NCBI GenBank assembly: GCA_946533675.1
Contig: CAMNBZ010000013.1
Span: 2,391 to 66,390 of the forward strand
DNA length: 64,000 bases
Source: an uncultured Verrucomicrobiota bacterium
GTDB lineage: Bacteria > Verrucomicrobiota > Kiritimatiellia > RFP12 > UBA1067
Reading direction: 5' to 3'
The stretch's first letter is position 1, and every line of letters starts with the position of its first letter. The notes beneath the pieces were generated by a model that ran no database searches, was not told where the DNA came from, and saw only the letters and a program-made list of their open reading frames with translations. This document shows, in pieces, positions 58,044 through 64,000 of this stretch. A program made the translations under genes and the position numbers.

Positions 58044-58804
58044 CCAAAGATGTCCGCCGGGCTGGTCGCGTGCGCCTGCGCGCTCGCGCGCGGCGGCCGC
58101 GCCTCCCGCGCCCGTTCCGCCGCGCGGACGGCGAGTTTGAAGGCTTCCGCCATCTTGACCGGATCGCCGGCCGCGGCGACGGCGGTGTTGGCCAGGACCG
58201 CGTCCGCGCCGATCTCGATCGCCTCCGCCGCGTGGCTGGGCAGTCCGATGCCGGCGTCGACCACGACCGGCACGCGGCTCTGCTCGACGATGATCTCGAT
58301 CATGTCGCGCGTGCGGAGGCCGCGGTTGGAGCCGATCGGCGCGCCGAGCGGCATGACCGCCGCCGCGCCGGCCTCCTCGCAGCGGCGCGCGAGGACGGGA
58401 TCGGCGTTGATGTACGGCAGGACGACCATCCCCAGCTTCGCGCAGGCGCGCACGGCGGCCAGCGTCTCCACCGGGTCCGGCAGCAGGTAGCGCGCGTCGG
58501 GGTGGATCTCGATCTTCAGCCAGGTGAAGCCGGCGGCCCGGCCGATCTGCGCGATGCGCACGGCCTCGTCGGCGTTCCGCGCGCCGGACGTGTTCAGCAT
58601 GACTTCGATGCGGTCGCGGTCGATCGCCCGGAGGATGTCGTCGCCGGCCGCGTCGCGTTCATGCGCGCGCGTCAGCGCGACGGTGACGAGCTCCGTCTCG
58701 CTCGCGGCGAGCGCGGCCCGCGTCTGTTCGCTCGACGCGAACTTGCCCGTGCCCAGAAAGAAACGGCTGGTGAACGATCTGTTGGCGATGACAAGCGGTT
58801 TCAT
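58037..58804 (-). CDS. thiG: Thiazole synthase
   Basis: [43 protein letters not shown]. Confidence 0.96.
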   Translation of the reverse strand: MKPLVIANRSFTSRFFLGTGKFASSEQTRAALAASETELVTVALTRAHERDAAGDDILRAIDRDRIEVMLNTSGARNADEAVRIAQIGRAAGFTWLKIEIHPDARYLLPDPVETLAAVRACAKLGMVVLPYINADPVLARRCEEAGAAAVMPLGAPIGSNRGLRTRDMIEIIVEQSRVPVVVDAGIGLPSHAAEAIEIGADAVLANTAVAAAGDPVKMAEAFKLAVRAAERAREARPPRASAQAHATSPADIFGS

Positions 58805-59400
58805 AGTTCTTCTCCCAGTAAAAGCGACACGACGCAGTTCGCCTGCATCGCGGCGGCGATGACGACGCGCACGCCGACCGGCGCCAGGCCGTCGCGGACG
58901 TCGCGCGTCTGGTCGCCGACCAGAACGAGGTTGCGCCCGATCCGGCGCACGCGGATGTCGTTCGACCGGCCCCAGCCGGCGAGGCCGGCCGCGGCGACGA
59001 CGGGCCGGCCGGCGGGCAGCAGCGCGTCGAGGAGCATCTTCTTCGCCTCGGCCGTGTCGAACGCCTCGATGACCGCGTCGCAGCCGGCGAACGCCGCGCG
59101 CGCCGTGTCGGGCGTCAGGCGCGCCGCGTGCAGCGTCAGGCGGAGGTCCGGCTCGATCCGGCGCAGGTTGGCCGCGAGCGCGTCGACCTTCAGCCGCCCG
59201 ATCTGCCGCCGGAAGAAGAACTGGCGGTTCAGGTTCGACGCCGCCACCGTGTCGAAGTCGGCGATCGTCAGGTTCTTCACGCCCGCGCGCACGAGCAGCA
59301 TGGCGGCGTTGGAGCCGAGCCCGCCCGCGCCGGCGATGCCGACGCGCGCGGACTCCAGGATGCGACGCTCGCGGTCCGTCAGAGAGGTGTTGGCGCCCAT
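58801..59400 (-). CDS. thiF: Sulfur-carrier adenylyltransferase
   Basis: [30 protein letters not shown]. Confidence 0.9.
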   Translation of the reverse strand: MGANTSLTDRERRILESARVGIAGAGGLGSNAAMLLVRAGVKNLTIADFDTVAASNLNRQFFFRRQIGRLKVDALAANLRRIEPDLRLTLHAARLTPDTARAAFAGCDAVIEAFDTAEAKKMLLDALLPAGRPVVAAAGLAGWGRSNDIRVRRIGRNLVLVGDQTRDVRDGLAPVGVRVVIAAAMQANCVVSLLLGEEL

Positions 59401-59401
59401 C

Positions 59402-59599
59402 TCAGCCTCCGGCGACGATGCGGAACACGTTGAGCACCGCGTTGGCCGCGAGCGGCGCGGCCAGGGCCCGGGCCCCGATGCGGATTTCGCCGTCGCACTC
59501 GACGACCGATTCCGGGATGTTGACGCCGCGCGCGGTCAGAAACGCCGCGAGGGTCGTCGGCTCGGTTTCGGTCTCCTGTCCCTGGTACGTGATCTTCAT
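59402..59599 (-). CDS. thiS: Sulfur carrier protein
   Basis: 65 aa, MKITYQG...FRIVAGG with C-terminal GG; last part of the 59402-61306 track ORF. Confidence 0.88.
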   Translation of the reverse strand: MKITYQGQETETEPTTLAAFLTARGVNIPESVVECDGEIRIGARALAAPLAANAVLNVFRIVAGG

Positions 59600-59625
59600 G
59601 ATGCGGTCTCCCTCCCTCGGGCGCG

Positions 59626-60549
59626 TCAGTCGAAGAGCCACGTCGACAGGTAGCGCTCGCCGGTGTCGGGCAGCAGCGCGACGATCGTCCGGCCGGCGAA
59701 CGCGGGGCGCTTCGCGAGTTCGAGCGCGGCCCAGAGCGCGGCGCCGGACGAGATGCCGACGAGCAGACCGTCCTTCGCCGCCGCCGCGCGCGCCGTCGCG
59801 CCCGCGTTCTCCGCCGAGACCGGAACGACCTCCGTGAGGAGCGACGTGTCGAGCACCTTCGGCACGAAGCCCGCACCGATGCCCTGGATCTTGTGCGGGC
59901 CGGGCTGCCCGCCGGAGAGGACGGGCGACGTGTCGGGTTCGACCGCGAACAGCTGCACGCCGGGATCGCGCTCCTTCAGGTACCGTCCCGCGCCGGTGAT
60001 CGTGCCGCCCGTGCCGACGCCGGCGACGAACGCCGCGATGTCGCCGCCCGTGCCGTCCCAGATCTCGGGCCCCGTCGTGCGGTAGTGGACGTCGGGATTG
60101 GCGGGATTCTCGAACTGCTGGAGGATCACCGCGCCCGGCGTCGCCGCGCGCAGCTCCTCCGCCTTGGCGATCGCGCCTTTCATGCCCGCCGCGCCCGGCG
60201 TCAGCACGATCTGCGCGCCGTACGCCGCCGCGAGCCGGCGCCGCTCGACGCTCATCGTCTCGGGCATCGTGAGAATGAGACGGTAGCCCTTGACCGCGCT
60301 CACGAAGGCGAGGCCGACGCCCGTGTTGCCGCTCGTCGGCTCGATGATCGTCGCGCCGGGCTTCAGCGTGCCGTCCGCCTCGGCGGCTTCGACCATCGCG
60401 CGGGCGATGCGGTCCTTGACGCTGCCGCCGGGGTTGAAGAACTCCACCTTCGCGAGAACGCGCGCCCCGCCCGTGTTCAGTCGCCTGGAGATTTCGACGA
60501 GCGGCGTGCCGCCCACCTTGTCGAGAATCGTTTTTGCCGTGCTGCTCAT
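59626..60549 (-). CDS. cysK: Cysteine synthase A
   Basis: NPGGSVKDR, EPTSGNTG, GVGTGGT, HKIQGIG, GISSGA, PDTGERYLST. Confidence 0.96.
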   Translation of the reverse strand: MSSTAKTILDKVGGTPLVEISRRLNTGGARVLAKVEFFNPGGSVKDRIARAMVEAAEADGTLKPGATIIEPTSGNTGVGLAFVSAVKGYRLILTMPETMSVERRRLAAAYGAQIVLTPGAAGMKGAIAKAEELRAATPGAVILQQFENPANPDVHYRTTGPEIWDGTGGDIAAFVAGVGTGGTITGAGRYLKERDPGVQLFAVEPDTSPVLSGGQPGPHKIQGIGAGFVPKVLDTSLLTEVVPVSAENAGATARAAAAKDGLLVGISSGAALWAALELAKRPAFAGRTIVALLPDTGERYLSTWLFD

Positions 60550-60582
60550 GTTGACTGCTCCTTTCTTTCCTGTTGTGTTCGA

Positions 60583-61449
60583 TCAGAACTGATACTGCGC
60601 GCTGAGGACGAGACCCGAGCCCACGCCGAGATTCTTCGTCGATCCGCGCCGGTAGAACTTGTCCTTGTCGCCCGTTTCCGCGAACGCCGCGACGAGCGTC
60701 AGCTTCTGCGTGACGAACCACGCGACGTGACCGTCCCAGTAGTCGTGGTTGCGGATGCCGTCGCCGACGTCCGCGCCCTGCTTGTACTCGAGGCCGACGG
60801 CGACGTTCTCGGCCGGCAGGACGTCGATGTTGCCGAACGCCGCGAGGCCGTAGTGGTTGTGCCCGACGACGCCGTTGACGACCTCGTCCGTGTAGGCGAG
60901 GCCCGCCGACAGGAGCACCGGCACGGGCGTTTGGGTGACGAGCTTCGAGGCGACGGCGTAGTAGTCGAAGCCGTGGTCGTCGAGCCCCAGCGCGTCCACG
61001 GTCTTGGAGTCGGTGTACTTCCACACCGCGCCGACCGCGACCGCCGGCACCCACGCCGTGTCGAAGGCGTTCTCGTCGAGGAGCCGCAGCTTCGCGCCGA
61101 CGTTGTGCGTCTCGATCGACTTGTCGCCGTACTTGCGGGCGTTGATGTAGCCGTAGCCGTACGAGAGCTCGAGGCGGTTCGCGACGGTGAGCGCGGCGGA
61201 TCCCGCGTACCAGTTGATGTCCGCGTCGTTCAGGTTCACGTACCACGTGCCGAACTGCGGCGCGCTGACGAAGTCGTTGAGGTTCGTCGTCGCGCCGTAT
61301 TCCCACGGCAGGCCCGCCGTGTAGGCCAGGGGGTTGAAGGCGATGCCGCCCGCGCCCTGGAGGTTGTTGAGCGGCACGCCCGCGAAGAGCAGGTCGTGCG
61401 CGAGCGCGGCCAGCGCCGCGACGGTGATTCGGAGTGTCGTATTCTTCAT
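60583..61449 (-). CDS. Putative outer-membrane protein (DUF3034-like)
   Basis: Signal peptide; GAGGIAFNPLAY; beta-strand pattern; terminal QYQF. Confidence 0.55.
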   Translation of the reverse strand: MKNTTLRITVAALAALAHDLLFAGVPLNNLQGAGGIAFNPLAYTAGLPWEYGATTNLNDFVSAPQFGTWYVNLNDADINWYAGSAALTVANRLELSYGYGYINARKYGDKSIETHNVGAKLRLLDENAFDTAWVPAVAVGAVWKYTDSKTVDALGLDDHGFDYYAVASKLVTQTPVPVLLSAGLAYTDEVVNGVVGHNHYGLAAFGNIDVLPAENVAVGLEYKQGADVGDGIRNHDYWDGHVAWFVTQKLTLVAAFAETGDKDKFYRRGSTKNLGVGSGLVLSAQYQF

Positions 61450-61469
61450 GGTTTTGTTCCTTTCTGTTG

Positions 61470-61517
61470 GGTTTCTGGGTTTCGAGGATGCTGGACTTCG
61501 AGGTTTCTAGACTTCTA
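61470..61517 (-). repeat. Octamer tandem repeat (6 units) starting at the metY stop
   Basis: Minus strand TAGAAGTC TAGAAACC TCGAAGTC CAGCATCC TCGAAACC CAGAAACC. Confidence 0.75.
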
Positions 61518-62810
61518 GGCCGCCGCGAGCGCGCGGTCGAGCGCGCCGAGAATGTCGTCGATGTGTTCGATGCCGATGGACAGGCGGATGAGCTCGGGCC
61601 GGACGCCGCCCTTGAGCAGGTCTTCGTCGGACAGCTGCGAATGGGTCGTGGACGCCGGATGGATGATGAGGCTCTTCGCGTCGCCGACGTTGGCGAGGAT
61701 GGAGAAGATGTCGCCGTTCGCCGCGTCCGTCACCCGGCGCGCGGCCGCCGCGCCGCCCTTGACGCCGAAGACGACCACGCCGCCCGCGCCGTCCGGCAGG
61801 TATTTCGCCGCGAGCTCGGGCTGGGTGAGCGACGGATACCTCACCCACGCCACCTTCGGATGGCGCTGGAGCCACGTCGCGACGGCGAGGGCGTTTTCGC
61901 TGTGGCGCGCGATCCGGAGCGGCAGCGACTCGACGCCCTGCAGGAAGATCCAGGCCGCGTCCGGCGCGAGCGTCGGCCCCTGGTTGCGGATGCCGACGGT
62001 GAGCAGGCGCAGCGAGAAGGCGATCGGCCGCAGCGGCTCGGGCAGGTCGTGCGCGAACCGGAGGCCGTGATAGCCGCGGTCCGGCTCGTTGTAGAGCGCG
62101 AACTTGGGGTCGGACCAGTCGAAGTTGCCCGCGTCCACCACCACGCCGCCGATGCCCGCGCCGTGTCCGCCGATCCACTTGGAGAGCGAGTGGATGACGA
62201 GATTCGCGCCGTGCGCGATCGGGCGGAGGAGCGGCGGCGGGGTGAACGTCGCGTCCACGACGAGCGGCAGACGGTGTTTGCGCGCGAGCGCGGCGTAGCC
62301 CTCGATGTCGGCGATGTCCAGCGCGGGGTTGCCGACGGACTCGATGAAGATGAGACGCGTCCTGTCGTTGATCGCGGCCTCGACGGCGGCGAAATCGTTG
62401 ACGGGCGTGAAGTTGACCTTGATGCCGACGTTCGGCAGGATCGCGTCGAACTGGGAGAAGGTGCCGCCGTAGAGGTTGGCGGCGGCCACGATCTCGTCGC
62501 CCGCGCGGGCGATGTTGGTGATCGTGAAGTAGATGGCCGCGGTGCCGCTGGCGAGCGTCTGGGCCGCCGCGCCGCCCTCGAGCGCGGCGAGGCGCGCGGC
62601 GAGGACGTCGTTCGTCGGGTTCATGAGGCGGGCGTAGATGTTGCCGAGCTCGCGCAGGGCGAAGAGGTCGGCCCCGTGCCGGGAGTCGCGGAAGTTGTAG
62701 GCGGTCGTGCGGTAGACCGGCACCGCGCGTGCGTTCGTCGCGGGGTCGCCGTGGACGGGCTGGCCGGCGTGCACCGCCAGCGTCTCGGGATGATAGGTCG
62801 TCTTGCTCAT
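61515..62810 (-). CDS. metY: O-acetylhomoserine/O-acetylserine sulfhydrylase
   Basis: ETLAVHAGQ, YARLMNPT, LYGGT, HSLSKWIGGHG, ANVGDAKSLIIHPASTTH, IRLSIGIE. Confidence 0.92.
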   Translation of the reverse strand: MSKTTYHPETLAVHAGQPVHGDPATNARAVPVYRTTAYNFRDSRHGADLFALRELGNIYARLMNPTNDVLAARLAALEGGAAAQTLASGTAAIYFTITNIARAGDEIVAAANLYGGTFSQFDAILPNVGIKVNFTPVNDFAAVEAAINDRTRLIFIESVGNPALDIADIEGYAALARKHRLPLVVDATFTPPPLLRPIAHGANLVIHSLSKWIGGHGAGIGGVVVDAGNFDWSDPKFALYNEPDRGYHGLRFAHDLPEPLRPIAFSLRLLTVGIRNQGPTLAPDAAWIFLQGVESLPLRIARHSENALAVATWLQRHPKVAWVRYPSLTQPELAAKYLPDGAGGVVVFGVKGGAAAARRVTDAANGDIFSILANVGDAKSLIIHPASTTHSQLSDEDLLKGGVRPELIRLSIGIEHIDDILGALDRALAAA

Positions 62811-62911
62811 GGTCGTGTTCCTTTCCTGTCGTGTCGATCCTGTCGTGTCGACGCGGGGTATTATCGCATATTGCCGTGCCCAAAGGATAATCGGAATTTA
62901 ACGCGCATCTC

Positions 62912-62928
62912 CATCGGAAATTCCGATG
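62912..62928. promoter_or_regulatory. Perfect palindrome, candidate LysR-type operator
   Basis: CATCGGAA-A-TTCCGATG (ATC-N9-GAT, contains T-N11-A) upstream of metY. Confidence 0.5.
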
Positions 62929-63037
62929 TCTTTCGCCGACGCGGGCCCCGCGGGTCCGTGCGGCTCGCCGGGCGTCGCCCCGCGCGGACGGCCGCTTGCG
63001 CGCGGCGGACGGATTATGATACAATGCGCGCCTCACC

Positions 63038-64000
63038 ATGAAGAACCTCATCTTCCTCTATGGCGCGCCGGCGAGCGGCAAGACGACGCTCGGCCGGAAG
63101 CTGGGCGCGGCGCTCGGCGCGGCGTTCGTCGACCTCGACGCGGAGATCGTCGCGCGCGAAGGGCGGCCGATTCCCGACATCTTCGCGACGGACGGCGAGC
63201 GCGCCTTCCGCGACATCGAGGCGCGCACGCTCGCGGCCGTCATCGACGCGGCGGCGGGCCGGACCGTCGTCTCGCTCGGCGGCGGCACGCTCCTCCGGGA
63301 CGCCAACCGCGCGCGGTGCGAACGCGCCGGCACGGTCTTCTGCCTCGACACGCCGGACGAGGCGGAGCTGGCGCGCCGCATCGGCTCGGCGGCGGGGAGC
63401 CGTCCCCTGGGCAACAAGGCGCGCGAGCGCGCGCCGCACTACGCCTCCTTCCCGAACCGCGTCGCCGCGAGCTTCGACCTCGACGGCTCGCTCGTCGTCG
63501 TCGGCAACGGCCTCGCGCGCGCGCTGCTGGGCGCGACGCCGTTCGTCGCCGACGGCACGGTGGCGGAACTCTACAAGGACACGCTGCCCGCGCCGCTCGC
63601 GACGATTCCCTCCGGCGAAGTCCACAAGACGCCGGCGACGGTCGCCGGCCTCTGGCATGCGTTCGCGCGCGCGGGCCTCGGCCGCCGCGATACCGTCGCC
63701 GCGGTGGGCGGCGGCGTGACGGGCGACCTGACGGGCTTCGCCGCCGCGACGTGGATGCGCGGCATCGACTGGATCAATTTCCCGACGACGCTCCTCGCGA
63801 TGGTGGACGCCTCGACGGGCGGCAAGACGGGCTGCGACCTGCCCGAGGGCAAGAACCTCGCGGGCGCGTTCCATTCGCCGAAACTCGTCGTGATCGACAC
63901 GGACTTCCTGAAGACGCTGCCGCCGGACGTGCTCGCCGACGGCCGCGCGGAGATGATCAAGCACGAGGCCATCGGCGGCCGCGGCCGGGAGAAGATCGCC
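63038..64000 (+). CDS. aroKB: Shikimate kinase / 3-dehydroquinate synthase fusion (3' partial)
   Basis: [25 protein letters not shown]; then [37 protein letters not shown]; runs off the window and is absent from the ORF track. Confidence 0.9.
   Translation, partial: MKNLIFLYGAPASGKTTLGRKLGAALGAAFVDLDAEIVAREGRPIPDIFATDGERAFRDIEARTLAAVIDAAAGRTVVSLGGGTLLRDANRARCERAGTVFCLDTPDEAELARRIGSAAGSRPLGNKARERAPHYASFPNRVAASFDLDGSLVVVGNGLARALLGATPFVADGTVAELYKDTLPAPLATIPSGEVHKTPATVAGLWHAFARAGLGRRDTVAAVGGGVTGDLTGFAAATWMRGIDWINFPTTLLAMVDASTGGKTGCDLPEGKNLAGAFHSPKLVVIDTDFLKTLPPDVLADGRAEMIKHEAIGGRGREKIA

Noticed and set aside
59600-63037. TPP or SAM riboswitch upstream of thi/met genes
   Set aside because: No recognisable aptamer consensus; intergenic gaps before thiS and cysK are too short
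63038-64000. aroK-aroB, trpG-trpD and long GreA as novelties
   Set aside because: These fusions/extensions are known architectures; listed as features only

Overview
High-GC bacterial chromosome segment. Gene content (long GreA, ECF sigma/Ser-Thr kinase pair, large secreted protein with a C-terminal 'YALGLDP' motif) suggests a PVC-superphylum organism such as Kiritimatiellia; this is inference only. Left to right: a 1972-aa secreted protein; a REP-associated HUH (Y1) tyrosine transposase (RAYT) with REP-like palindromes; a VIT/DUF2135 protein and an ECF-like sigma; prmC, tRNA-Leu(TAA), greA, trpS, pspC; MTA/SAH salvage genes and a GH20-like gene; an ECF sigma + Ser/Thr kinase; a low-GC two-unit repeat array (24.2-27.9 kb); a polyamine operon (decarboxylase, speE, speB, carboxyspermidine dehydrogenase, nspC) interrupted by a four-helix-bundle gene; ycjX-ycjF; GH20; trpGD, a Trp attenuator (WWW leader), trpCBA; an amino-acid uptake cluster; and on the minus strand metY-OMP-cysK-thiSFGH-LysR, then a partial aroK-aroB fusion. 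Two candidate undescribed systems stand out. (1) A cassette-like array: two near-identical scaffolds (promoters, REP hairpin, RBS/ATG head running through a REP-like motif, tail with 22-bp repeats) carry completely unrelated AT-rich cargo, and the same GGGGTCTGTCCCC motif surrounds and is embedded in the RAYT gene 17 kb upstream. (2) A four-helix-bundle gene bracketed by inverted 7-nt repeat arrays; gene-less copies of these arrays sit in frame inside enzymes or supply stop codons. All calls are from motif reading by eye; no database searches were run. Start codons were chosen by RBS/context and often differ from the ORF track.
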